From positions 11,687-75,686 of the forward strand of contig CAYTIA010000004.1 of assembly GCA_964437755.1 (NCBI GenBank): a stretch of 64,000 nucleotides of DNA, written 5' to 3'. Below the pieces are notes generated by a model. It saw only the letters and a list, made by a program, of their open reading frames with translations, had not been told where the DNA came from and ran no database searches. A program made the position numbers and the translations under genes. Shown here piece after piece: positions 28,656-38,578 of this stretch. Source of the stretch: an uncultured Pseudomonadales bacterium. Its GTDB lineage: Bacteria; Patescibacteriota; Microgenomatia; UBA1400; PJMF01. Numbering within the stretch: the stretch's first letter is position 1; every line of letters starts with the position of its first letter.

Positions 28656-30875
28656 ATGAGTAATAAACAAGAGTTATTAAATCAATACCAAGCATCTGGT
28701 TTAGTAAGAGAAAGAATAGAAAGAGAACAGAAACATGATCGAGATTTAGACTACGGTGGTTTTTTAATAGTTTTGAATAATAAATTACGAATAACTGGTT
28801 TAAATACCAATCGAGAAAACCCAAGTCATGCTGAGATTCTGTCTGAGCAGCTGACAACGATCAAGAATGTTTTTGATCAGTTATATATCGCTGGGCATCT
28901 ACTGCGCCTTTCTCCAGAACAAGCCCAACTTTTTACGCAGTTTAAGTCTAACGCTGAACAGTTAAGCTATATTATTACTGCTATTAGTCCAGAAGACTTA
29001 AATCATCGCAATCTTTCGGTTTTTGCTAACATGCTAAAACCAACAATGTTTGCTGATTACGATCAGATTCTAAGAGTCTCAGAAATCGGTCAAATTCAAG
29101 ATCCCAGAGAAAGACGACAGGCTATTACTCAACTAATGAGTGATCTAGGCATTGAGCGAGCTAGCATCAAAAAACTTTCTATTTTTTTTGAAACACAACC
29201 AACTTTGGCACAGGTTAGAGAACAGGTCGCCAAACAGCAGTGGCTAAAAAGATTATTCTGGAAATCAGCCTCAACCCTTGGTTTATTACTATTGATTTCA
29301 GGCTGTGTGGCAACAACAACAGAAACAACCCCGCCACCAGGAACACCTGTATCAGAAGTTACTCCTGAGCCAACTAATACTCCAGACGTTGTTATAACTC
29401 CAACTGCTGCTCCAACCATTGTTACACCTCCAGAACAAGGTGGCTTAATTACCCCAGACCAAGAGGCTGAAACGGAGAGGATAATTGCTCAATTTATTCT
29501 TAAACAACAAGCTCGCCAACTAATTCCAGGTATAAAATTACTCGGAATAGACGAGTGGGTTAGTGCTCCGACTCAACCAGAAGATAGCGGTTATTATCCC
29601 TTTGCTTGGAAAAGAATAGGAGACTCAATTGCATTAGAAGAGATTGGCACTCATAAAGATAACTCTAGACACTATATATTTTTTGATTACAAAAATAACA
29701 GAATAGCTTTAGTTAAAGCTGATGCAAACACTTATGTTACTGTTGATCCTAATGGCAACTGGGTTGTTCTTGATGCAGATAACCAACCTGCTCAAGAAAT
29801 TATATGGCAAGAAGTAAGTCAAGAACAAAATCAAAATCCAGAAAAACCAATAAGTGAAATCTACGTAGCAAAAGACAGATTATATAATGAGATATCCATA
29901 GAGTTACTTCAATCTTTTGGTTTTGAGAGTTGGGAAAAAGTTGGAGAAGAACAAGCAGCGTGGCTAAAATCTATTTTGGCTGGAACAGATTTGAACGGAT
30001 TACAGATAGAGATACAATCAGCCATTAATAATGGAACATTTTACGATGCTGATGGCAACATAAGCGTAGAATGGAAAAATCGAGGACTGGAGCTAATGAT
30101 GGGAGTAATGAAAGACAAGTTTAAAGCAGAGTTAGACACATTAACAGATCCAGAAGCAGAAGGAGTAGACTATCCAAGATTATTGGAGACAGTGATTACT
30201 ATAAATGGCAAAACCATCCCCATTAGCCTACACCATGGTTCTGCTTTGTATAATTTATACAGAGATAAAAGTGATTGGGATTATACTACATCTGTACCAG
30301 GTTTAACTTCAACATATCTCAATCCAGATTTTCAAACAGGAGTATCCACTATATTCGAACAATTTTTTGTAGATCGAGAACTAGATATTAAAGCCGGTTT
30401 TGCTGAAAGCTCGTTTGTCGTTAGCGATGGAAAAATAGTTAATGTTGGAGAAGTTACCGATGTAAAAAGAGTTGGAGTAGAGAATATAGATAAAATCGAG
30501 TTTTTCAGACTACATGAGCAAGAACTTTGGGTATTGGAATATATGCAAAGAGATATTACTCCCTATGCTTTAAATCCTCATTACGATGGAGATGCGGCTA
30601 CTCCATTTATTGATTTCATTTGGTTTATAAGAAACAAAACATTGACCTTTGTGCATGTTCAACCAGGAAACATAGATAAGGAGGGAGAGGCTTGGATATT
30701 GTATGCAGTTTTCAGAGACTCTCTTGCACAAGCTATGGCAAATTTATCATTTGCTCTAAGAGCTGAATCACTCGAATCAAGAGTTGCAACCAATGAATAT
30801 TTAGACTTTTATATTGGTCTAAAGGGTCAAGTTAGAAAAGAGATAGATGCAATTAAAGCAAAAGAAACTCAATAA
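28656..30875 (+). CDS. hypothetical membrane-anchored protein with internal lipobox-like motif and Pro/Thr linker
   Basis: 739-aa ORF; hydrophobic segment ending ISG-C217 followed by TTTETTPPP..TPEPTNTP. Confidence 0.7.
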   Translation: MSNKQELLNQYQASGLVRERIEREQKHDRDLDYGGFLIVLNNKLRITGLNTNRENPSHAEILSEQLTTIKNVFDQLYIAGHLLRLSPEQAQLFTQFKSNAEQLSYIITAISPEDLNHRNLSVFANMLKPTMFADYDQILRVSEIGQIQDPRERRQAITQLMSDLGIERASIKKLSIFFETQPTLAQVREQVAKQQWLKRLFWKSASTLGLLLLISGCVATTTETTPPPGTPVSEVTPEPTNTPDVVITPTAAPTIVTPPEQGGLITPDQEAETERIIAQFILKQQARQLIPGIKLLGIDEWVSAPTQPEDSGYYPFAWKRIGDSIALEEIGTHKDNSRHYIFFDYKNNRIALVKADANTYVTVDPNGNWVVLDADNQPAQEIIWQEVSQEQNQNPEKPISEIYVAKDRLYNEISIELLQSFGFESWEKVGEEQAAWLKSILAGTDLNGLQIEIQSAINNGTFYDADGNISVEWKNRGLELMMGVMKDKFKAELDTLTDPEAEGVDYPRLLETVITINGKTIPISLHHGSALYNLYRDKSDWDYTTSVPGLTSTYLNPDFQTGVSTIFEQFFVDRELDIKAGFAESSFVVSDGKIVNVGEVTDVKRVGVENIDKIEFFRLHEQELWVLEYMQRDITPYALNPHYDGDAATPFIDFIWFIRNKTLTFVHVQPGNIDKEGEAWILYAVFRDSLAQAMANLSFALRAESLESRVATNEYLDFYIGLKGQVRKEIDAIKAKETQ

Positions 30876-30998
30876 ATTAACAGTAGTAAATTGGTAAAAA
30901 GCTCACTACATTTACTTAGTTTGCTTTTAAAAGTTTTAAGATAGATATTTTTCATCAGATTATTCCTTTTTGAAAAAAAATCGGCTATAGTAAGACTG

Positions 30999-33900
30999 AT
31001 GAATATCCTTAGACATAAAAATTCTAAAAAAATCTTCGTAGTCTCTTTGTTATTAATGTTGTTTTTCCTAGGGTGGTCTTTGGGTAAAAACAAAATTAGA
31101 GATAAATATTCAACTAATTCAGAGTTATCTTCTACAAACAGCACAACTTGGATACTTGAATCAGAAATAGACAACTTGCACTGCTATCAGGCAAATTGTA
31201 TTAACCTAGATTTAATAGAGCAGCTATTGCTTGATTTGGGCTATGATCAAAAAAACCCAACATTTAAGATGTTGGGAGGATCGAAATTAATAAAACCATC
31301 ACATATAAAGGTTAGTTTCATAGATATAAACAAAGTCAGCACAGAAGTTGTTGAAAGCCTGGAATATGTAATGACAGAAGAGAATAAAATATATTCAGGA
31401 ATAGCAATGACAGAAGACGATGACCAAGTAGAGGTAAAACTGTATTTAGATACAATAAAAGCAAGTGAATATTTAACAGATGAATACGACTATAACAAAG
31501 CTTTCGAACTGCCGTTCTTACAATTTCTAATTAATGCCAACTATACAGACACAGAGACCAACTTAGGAAAAGTAGCAGATAGACTTAATCAAATACATAA
31601 AAAATATTTTACCAACAAACAAGAAAAGTTGTTTAATCTCGAATTCAAAGAAGAGACAAGCTGGTTAAATCTAAAAAAAATAATAAGCAAGTTAATACAA
31701 CCTGTACAAGCAGCTTGTGATGGAATGTTAACTTGCGGAACTCAAAATGTTTATCCTCAATGCGAGGATGGAAGTTATTGTAGGTCAGATCAAGTGGGTT
31801 TAGAGTGCGGATGCAAAGTTCCAAAAGTAGACGGAGAGTGTCCAGAAGGTCAAGAAGCCTATTGTCGCGTTGAAGAAGATTGCACCCCAAATGGTAATTT
31901 TGAACCCTGTTCTTGGTCTGGAACAGAAAGTGCTTGCAATGCTAAACAACATTGTGGAGCTTGCCCGATAAGTGGAAGTGGTTGTTCTTGGTCTGGGAGT
32001 CCACCACCCCCAACTCTTCCCCCTGGACCAACTCTTCCGCCAGGAGTACCAACTCCGACTGATTATCAACCACCTCCGAGTCAATGCCCAGGAGTATGTT
32101 GCTGGGGCAGTTGCTGGGGCGAAACTTTATCCCCAAACACTTGCGACTCTCCCCAAAACTGTTGTTCAGCATGCCAACCAGCTTGGCCATCACAAGGTAT
32201 AGTTAGAGTTTGGGTATACTATGATTCAAATAAAAACTATATGCACGATGAGGGTGATCAATCCCTGCCTTCAGAAATCACAAATGGTGATGCTAGAGTA
32301 CAGCTTCATTTTCCTCAGCATAATGGAACAAATACGCACTACAAAACTATTCAAAATTCATTGGGTGGATGGGGAGCAATAGCAAGCCTAAGCAATTGTG
32401 TTGGCAACTGGGATAATTTTGGAGGGTGTGGAAGTGAAAACGAAGTTTGTTGCAGCCCACCAGGACCAATCACATTTTTTAGAACTTGCTGGGGAGTATG
32501 CAACCCAGAGGGAAGCGGGCACTCTTTTTATGACGGTTGGGGTGCAGGAGGAGGTTTGACAGCCGCTGATGTAATATGGGCACCATATTTATTCTGGAAT
32601 TATTATAATGCTAGCAAAATGGCTTCATTTGACTGGGGAGGATATGTTGGACCAAGTGGAGCACAAAATGCAACAGCACAAATTAGTATCATTGATCTTC
32701 CGCCAGAATATGAAGTAAATCTCATAAGATTTTCAAAACCCATTCCTTCAGAAAGTGAGATGGCTAATTTAGATATATACAAAAGTGCCAATACCCTTTA
32801 CCACACTAACTCTATTAGCAAAACCATCGAAACCGTTGGAGGGTGGCACGTAACAACGGGATTATTTGTTATCGGGATTTCTCCAAAAAATGATCCTCCA
32901 GAAGCTGTTTATTCTCAAATAGTTTCAATTGATGATGACACTAGCGTTACTGATCAAATGTGCTTAGCTAGTAACTCAGCTAAAAAAATAGAAATTGCTT
33001 CTTTTTTTAGTGACCCAGATGAGCCAATTTCTCAAAATTTAGTAAAAAATGGCAGTTTTGAGAATGGTACTGCTAACTGGACGCTTCAAAACATTAATGG
33101 CAACACCGACGGCTCTGCTTCTATTGTTACTGGAACTAATGCCTATTACGGTCCCTCAGCTCTTAGAACCAATGGCGGTGCTTCAACTGGTTACTTCAGA
33201 GCCATCCAAGCTGTTAACCTTGAACCAAATACCAACTACTCATTTACCGCTACCTACAAAAGTGGTACTACAGCCACCAATCCAAGATTGGGGGCTCATG
33301 TTTACTGCCATCCTTCAGATGGAAGTCCTGCAATTGGACAACCAGCCATGAGTATCACCTTTAGTCAAATTTATTCTGAATTCAAAACCGTTGCTAATTC
33401 ATTCACTACCACTACCTGTGCAGGACAATTTACTATCTATATTTTTTCAGATGCAGATCCCAACTCATGGATGACTCTTGATGGGGTGTTTTTACGCCAA
33501 GGCTCTCAAGTAGCTGAAATCTTTTCAGATATCAGCCGCTTTCAGATTAATTTAGAAAAACAAAACTTTCCAACAAATACTGAATTTAGTGGAGGTGACT
33601 GGCCCTTAAGATTGCAGGCTGTTCGTCTAAATAATATTAACATGAACAAATACCGCGCCTTTAATGGCACTGGAACTTCTGACGACACAATTAGTTATAG
33701 TTATGATTTTACAACCAATAGGTGGTATTTACCCTCAGATTCATTCATAGATCCAGATGTTTGTGTACCATGGTGCTGGCCACCGCCCGCATTAATACTT
33801 TCATCAAATCCTGCCACTGGAGCTTGGAATACTTATTTTCAATATGCTGGTGCCAACACCATTTTCGCTCGCTGGGTAGTTGAAGTTAATAGCTCGTTAC

Positions 33901-35351
33901 TTAGTGAGGGTCAATATCACGTCACAGCCTGGGTAGATGACTTTCTAGCTCAACAAGATGAACGCGCATCTGCTGGTGACCGCACTAAGATGACTTTAAC
34001 TTCGGGAGCCGCAAGTTATACTTGGCAAAGGTTCGGTTCTCTTGATGTAACCAGTCCCTTACTGACTGTTAACTTTATGGAGTCTGAGAACGACACTCCC
34101 TCTGGAGATTACTGTCCTTACAGAACTGGCACTGCTGTTACTCTGAATGGAGCTGCTGTAGGAGTAAGGCCATCTGGCGGTAGCACTTTCCAAAATTCAT
34201 CAATCAATAATATTTCAACTATAAACATCACTCCCAATACCTGTGCAGATACTTATGATGTTAGGCTAACTCTAAATCCAAGCGACGGTTATGTTTGTAA
34301 CTGCCAAATTGGAGCCAATCCCTATGAATGTGTTTATTATGATGTGCCAGCTACCTATTTGGGTAATGATCCAATTAATTTTTATCTCTTGGAGGTTGAC
34401 CTCACTAATAATGCTTGGTTTCAGAGCGTTGGTGGACAAATAACGGCTCTTGGCAACATTAGATCAAACGTTCCTTATAATGCCGCCACATCAGGTCCTT
34501 GTAATCAAGGAAATAACTGTTGGCCAGCCTTGATTACTTGGCTACCATGGAGTGGGGGAGCAGACTATGTTAATACCCCAGGTTTTCCTTTTGCTAGAAC
34601 AGGTGGCTCAATTAATACCCATAGTGATGGTGGAACCGCTTATGTTCATACCACCGATCAACATACTCAAAGCAATGATGGCCACGCCTCTGATAACTCA
34701 GCCATTCCTACAGAGTATAACTATCAGTACTTCTACAATAGATTTGGCTTTGAATATGACACAGCAGAAAATCAGTTGGCTAGCGGAGCTCAGCCGAGTC
34801 TGAGCTCTGGTTTAAATATTCGATTTGCTTCTAGCGATCTAACTATTTCTGAACCTTGGCACATATCTGCTGGTGAACAACTAATTGTGTTTGTTGATGG
34901 CAATCTTACTCTTAGCGATACCACTGGAGATAGAAGGTTAATTAGAGCCGATGCTGGAAGTTATCTTGCTTTTATTGTATCTGGTAATATTTCTATCAAC
35001 TCAAATGTTGGCTATACGATTCCAAATACAAATCCAATTGTTTTTGCTCGTCCTGGAACCGTTAGCCCTAATGTAGAGGGCATTTATCTTGCTAATGGCA
35101 CATTGACAGTTGCCAGCAATGGCAATGCCTCTTTGCCTGACAAGAAGTTCATCGGAGCTGGCACTTTTGTGGGTTGGAGTGGAGTTAATTTAGCCAGATC
35201 TTTTGCTGATGGAGTTATTGGCATGGCTTGGCACAATTTTAATCCTACCGAAACATTTATCTATCGACCAGATTTCTTACTCAACACACCATCTGTAATG
35301 AAAGAACCAATCCATGAATGGCGAGAGGTAGCTCCAAGAACCAGCAACTAA
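30999..35351 (+). CDS. large Cys-rich surface protein, candidate pilus-associated adhesin
   Basis: N-terminal TM, Cys-rich region, Pro linker, SdrD-B-like start VWVYYDSNKN..DEGD, CBM4/9-like NLVKNGSFENG, beta-rich C-terminus; 9 bp upstream of a pilin gene. Confidence 0.7.
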   Translation: MNILRHKNSKKIFVVSLLLMLFFLGWSLGKNKIRDKYSTNSELSSTNSTTWILESEIDNLHCYQANCINLDLIEQLLLDLGYDQKNPTFKMLGGSKLIKPSHIKVSFIDINKVSTEVVESLEYVMTEENKIYSGIAMTEDDDQVEVKLYLDTIKASEYLTDEYDYNKAFELPFLQFLINANYTDTETNLGKVADRLNQIHKKYFTNKQEKLFNLEFKEETSWLNLKKIISKLIQPVQAACDGMLTCGTQNVYPQCEDGSYCRSDQVGLECGCKVPKVDGECPEGQEAYCRVEEDCTPNGNFEPCSWSGTESACNAKQHCGACPISGSGCSWSGSPPPPTLPPGPTLPPGVPTPTDYQPPPSQCPGVCCWGSCWGETLSPNTCDSPQNCCSACQPAWPSQGIVRVWVYYDSNKNYMHDEGDQSLPSEITNGDARVQLHFPQHNGTNTHYKTIQNSLGGWGAIASLSNCVGNWDNFGGCGSENEVCCSPPGPITFFRTCWGVCNPEGSGHSFYDGWGAGGGLTAADVIWAPYLFWNYYNASKMASFDWGGYVGPSGAQNATAQISIIDLPPEYEVNLIRFSKPIPSESEMANLDIYKSANTLYHTNSISKTIETVGGWHVTTGLFVIGISPKNDPPEAVYSQIVSIDDDTSVTDQMCLASNSAKKIEIASFFSDPDEPISQNLVKNGSFENGTANWTLQNINGNTDGSASIVTGTNAYYGPSALRTNGGASTGYFRAIQAVNLEPNTNYSFTATYKSGTTATNPRLGAHVYCHPSDGSPAIGQPAMSITFSQIYSEFKTVANSFTTTTCAGQFTIYIFSDADPNSWMTLDGVFLRQGSQVAEIFSDISRFQINLEKQNFPTNTEFSGGDWPLRLQAVRLNNINMNKYRAFNGTGTSDDTISYSYDFTTNRWYLPSDSFIDPDVCVPWCWPPPALILSSNPATGAWNTYFQYAGANTIFARWVVEVNSSLLSEGQYHVTAWVDDFLAQQDERASAGDRTKMTLTSGAASYTWQRFGSLDVTSPLLTVNFMESENDTPSGDYCPYRTGTAVTLNGAAVGVRPSGGSTFQNSSINNISTINITPNTCADTYDVRLTLNPSDGYVCNCQIGANPYECVYYDVPATYLGNDPINFYLLEVDLTNNAWFQSVGGQITALGNIRSNVPYNAATSGPCNQGNNCWPALITWLPWSGGADYVNTPGFPFARTGGSINTHSDGGTAYVHTTDQHTQSNDGHASDNSAIPTEYNYQYFYNRFGFEYDTAENQLASGAQPSLSSGLNIRFASSDLTISEPWHISAGEQLIVFVDGNLTLSDTTGDRRLIRADAGSYLAFIVSGNISINSNVGYTIPNTNPIVFARPGTVSPNVEGIYLANGTLTVASNGNASLPDKKFIGAGTFVGWSGVNLARSFADGVIGMAWHNFNPTETFIYRPDFLLNTPSVMKEPIHEWREVAPRTSN
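32010..32045 (+). repeat. 18-bp tandem duplication encoding PTLPPG twice
   Basis: ccaactcttccccctgga / ccaactcttccgccagga. Confidence 0.7.
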
Positions 35352-35360
35352 TATCAAAAC

Positions 35361-35888
35361 ATGAAAATAAGTACTTCTCCGGCTCATAGTAGTAAAACCG
35401 GTTTTACTCTAATTGAAGTTTTAGTAATTTCTGGATTAACCGTGATAATTATGCTTAGCACAGTGAGCTTATTCATGACTTTTTTAATCAGCCAAGCCAG
35501 AATCACTCAAAAGCAACAGTTAAAAAATGCTGGGAACAGTGCATTAAAACAGATGACACAAGTTTTAAGAGAAGCAAAATCAATTAATCCCTGTAACCCT
35601 GCTTCGTCAAACAGTATTATGTTTACCGACATCAACAATAGAACTGGCAGTTATCAAAGAAGTATTTTTGATAACGGTAATTATGGAATTAACTATTCCA
35701 CTCAAGATGGTAGTAATTTTATTACTTCACAAGATATGAATATCATCTCTTTTACTTCTAACTGCTACACTAGTCAAGAATCTCAACTAGTTAAGATTAC
35801 TTTTGTTTTACAAAATCCAAGAATTCAAGGCCCCTCAAACGAACCCCTCAATCAAGAGTTTGGTGTAAATATTCAGTTAAGAAATTAA
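35361..35888 (+). CDS. minor pilin (PilW/GspJ-like)
   Basis: Prepilin site G|FTLIE plus hydrophobic helix; C-terminal LRN. Confidence 0.85.
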   Translation: MKISTSPAHSSKTGFTLIEVLVISGLTVIIMLSTVSLFMTFLISQARITQKQQLKNAGNSALKQMTQVLREAKSINPCNPASSNSIMFTDINNRTGSYQRSIFDNGNYGINYSTQDGSNFITSQDMNIISFTSNCYTSQESQLVKITFVLQNPRIQGPSNEPLNQEFGVNIQLRN

Positions 35889-35905
35889 TTTTATCTAATA
35901 TTTAG

Positions 35906-36622
35906 CTACATCGCTTCTTGTCCCCCGCACTCCCAGTCACAGGTGATCTCATTGCATACCCAAGGATATCCTCCAATGCAATAACCACCCGGAGGAAGAC
36001 CTACACAACAAACAGATTCTGGTGTTGGAAAAAGGGTAATTGTTGGAACAGAAGTTGGGGGAACAGGGGTAGCTGTTGGCCCAACAGGCACAAACACCTC
36101 TGAATCATGGAGATTCTTTGCCAATTTAAAACTAGAATTTACAGAAACCTCATCGCCGACATCATTTAACCAGCTAATAATAATTTCAACACTAATTTCA
36201 TTAGCATCAACTACCACGGAAGCAACTTGTTTTATTTGTGCAGGAATATCTCCTGAAACCGCAACAAAAGGGCAATTTTCTCCCGTGGGCAATCCAGAAA
36301 ATACATTGTTGTTAACACCTGTTGAAAAGCTGTTAACACCATTAAGACAGTAAGTTCTTGTTTCTAACACCGAGCTTAATCCAGACCAACCCAAGATACT
36401 TCTTTCTTGACGAAAAAAATCTATTCTTGACTGAGCTAACTCTGAAGAATAATTTCTAACTCTAGCTTGAGAGTCAGACTTCATTGTATAAGTCATTAGA
36501 GTTGCCAAACCTACCATTACTAAAGCCAGAACTGTTCCTGAAACCAAAATCTCTAAAAGACTAAAGCCACTATCTTTGTTCAAGTATTCTTTTTCAATAA
36601 TTTTTTTCATTAATATTCCCAA
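35906..36622 (-). CDS. minor pilin (PilV-like) with Pro/Thr linker and six-Cys tail
   Basis: G|FSLLE; tail CCVGLPPGGYCIGGYPWVCNEITCDWEC; ATG at 36610 is an alternative start. Confidence 0.85.
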   Translation of the reverse strand: MGILMKKIIEKEYLNKDSGFSLLEILVSGTVLALVMVGLATLMTYTMKSDSQARVRNYSSELAQSRIDFFRQERSILGWSGLSSVLETRTYCLNGVNSFSTGVNNNVFSGLPTGENCPFVAVSGDIPAQIKQVASVVVDANEISVEIIISWLNDVGDEVSVNSSFKLAKNLHDSEVFVPVGPTATPVPPTSVPTITLFPTPESVCCVGLPPGGYCIGGYPWVCNEITCDWECGGQEAM

Positions 36623-36625
36623 TTG

Positions 36626-37288
36626 TTAATATACAGAAGACTCAATACATTCCCAAACACAAGTACTTGGATTACACCACCAATTCCAAGGACAAGCATC
36701 ATCAGGAATACCATGACAACATTGAGTAATTATATCTGTTGGTGCTGGAATAAAAGAAGTTGGAGATGGAGTCATTTGTTCGACTATTATCTCAATCTCT
36801 CCAGATCTCACTACTCCAGATCGATGAATCGAAATTGTCATTTCACCAAAGGCGCTCTCTAAAGATACTCCATTAGTTTCCGGTGCATCAGCAGGATCTA
36901 AATCATCATCAATTATCCCCGTTACTGCTCTCGAATAAAGAGTATTGGAACTTAAAAAACTTACGCCGCTTGATACTTTTAAAGTTCTTAATTCTTCAGG
37001 GCTTCCATTACTACCATCTAAACACCTGGGTTTGATCTCGATCACTCCCGTTCCATTGTCATTATAAAAATCAATCTGATAGGCTTCTAAACTAGTACAA
37101 CCTCTCATTTTGCCACTACGAGCAGAAATTTGGGCTGACTCAACTGCTTCTCGAACCAGCTCAGCTGCTTGTGTTAACTTTTGTCGATCATTAAAATTGA
37201 TATACCCAGAAATTCCCATTCCAAGTAAAAGTAATAAAATTGCTATTGATACCAATAATTCTATTAAAGAAAAACCTTTGTGATTCAT
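36626..37288 (-). CDS. minor pilin (FimT/GspH-like) with Pro/Thr linker and six-Cys tail
   Basis: G|FSLIE, AQISARSG; tail CCHGIPDDACPWNWWCNPSTCVWEC. Confidence 0.85.
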   Translation of the reverse strand: MNHKGFSLIELLVSIAILLLLLGMGISGYINFNDRQKLTQAAELVREAVESAQISARSGKMRGCTSLEAYQIDFYNDNGTGVIEIKPRCLDGSNGSPEELRTLKVSSGVSFLSSNTLYSRAVTGIIDDDLDPADAPETNGVSLESAFGEMTISIHRSGVVRSGEIEIIVEQMTPSPTSFIPAPTDIITQCCHGIPDDACPWNWWCNPSTCVWECIESSVY

Positions 37289-37292
37289 TTTT

Positions 37293-37682
37293 TTATGGAT
37301 TGCTCAAAGTATAGGGATTAATTGCATTTGGATCTTCTAAGTTCACGCTAAGAGTAAAAGTTGAGGCAGTAGAGGAGTAGACATAAACATTGCTCCCTGG
37401 ATCTCTAAAACGTTCCACACCATCGCTTAAATAACCCTGAGTATTAAGATAGGTAACCACTCCATCAAAATTATAGCCTGTTGGATAGCTACCCACATCT
37501 GAACGATACAGCACCAGAGCTTGACGAACAGTTTCCAGATCGGCCTTACGCTTTGAATCTCGGCTTTTAATCGAGGCCGTTCTATAACTTATCACTCCTA
37601 TAGTAGTTAAGACAACAATGATCGTGGCAACTACTAGCAATTCAATCAGAGAGAAGCCATTTTTTGGTAATTTCTTTTTCAT
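37293..37682 (-). CDS. GspG-like pilin
   Basis: G|FSLIE, SRDSKRKADL..ALVLY..GSYP, DP. Confidence 0.88.
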   Translation of the reverse strand: MKKKLPKNGFSLIELLVVATIIVVLTTIGVISYRTASIKSRDSKRKADLETVRQALVLYRSDVGSYPTGYNFDGVVTYLNTQGYLSDGVERFRDPGSNVYVYSSTASTFTLSVNLEDPNAINPYTLSNP

Positions 37683-37688
37683 AATAAA

Positions 37689-38105
37689 CTATTGTAAGTT
37701 GGTAAGACAGTAATAACCACCACTTGATGCAAAGCCACAAGAATTATTTGATGAGTTACCATCGGTCCCATCAAGATCAGCGCAAACACAGTAACCGCCT
37801 GGAGCCCTTGCAACGCAAGTATATTCTGCACCAGCAGGAGCACCAGATGGAAAATAGGTGTTTGCTTTCATTGCTTCACAGCTTGAAGCAGTACTATAAG
37901 AACCATTATCAGCATAATACTGCTCAAAGCCATCTTGCATGGCTTTGACGTTGGCTCTACGCCTAGCATCTCGTGCCTTTCGTTGAGCAGAAGAGTAAGC
38001 CACCACACCAATTACCACCAAGATTGCAATAATGGCTATCACAACCAATAATTCCAAAAGAGAGAAGCCTGAAGACTTTTTTTTATTTTGTCGAAAAATT
38101 TTCAT
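37689..38105 (-). CDS. GspG-like pilin
   Basis: G|FSLLE, ARDARRRANV, FEQYY, YCVCA. Confidence 0.88.
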   Translation of the reverse strand: MKIFRQNKKKSSGFSLLELLVVIAIIAILVVIGVVAYSSAQRKARDARRRANVKAMQDGFEQYYADNGSYSTASSCEAMKANTYFPSGAPAGAEYTCVARAPGGYCVCADLDGTDGNSSNNSCGFASSGGYYCLTNLQ

Positions 38106-38121
38106 ATTTACAAATAAGTAA

Positions 38122-38565
38122 TTAAATTGGGTTGTATAAACTTGTCAAACAAAAATACTCTTGATCAGTAGCAGAACTATTCAGGTTTTCACATGAGGTA
38201 CCATCAGCATTGCCGTTGATAGTTTCTGTACGAGCGCAGACACAATAACCATAGGCTGCTGGCGTAGTGCAGGTATAGCTCATACCCGGCTTTGGATCGG
38301 TGGGAAACCCTCCGGGAAAATTGTCTTCATCAGCCATCATCGCAGCGCAGTTATAATTTCCATTTTCAAGATAATATTGCTCAAAACCTTGTTGAGCTGC
38401 CTTGATATCAGATTTTCTTCTTGAATCTCTACCTTTTTTTTGAGAAGAAGTTAATGAGGCAGTAAGTAAACCTAATAATATGGCAATTATCGAGATTACT
38501 ACCAATAGCTCTAGTAAAGTAAAGCCTTCATTTTTTTTATTGGACAGTTTTGTATGACAAATCAT
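38122..38565 (-). CDS. GspG-like pilin (paralog of the adjacent gene)
   Basis: G|FTLLE, GRDSRRKSDI, FEQYY, YCVCA. Confidence 0.88.
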   Translation of the reverse strand: MICHTKLSNKKNEGFTLLELLVVISIIAILLGLLTASLTSSQKKGRDSRRKSDIKAAQQGFEQYYLENGNYNCAAMMADEDNFPGGFPTDPKPGMSYTCTTPAAYGYCVCARTETINGNADGTSCENLNSSATDQEYFCLTSLYNPI

Positions 38566-38578
38566 ATTTTTTATTAGA

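Noticed and set aside
35361-37288. Shufflon-like switching of pilin C-termini
   Set aside because: The tails are similar mainly at protein level; no repeated recombination sites or silent cassettes were seen
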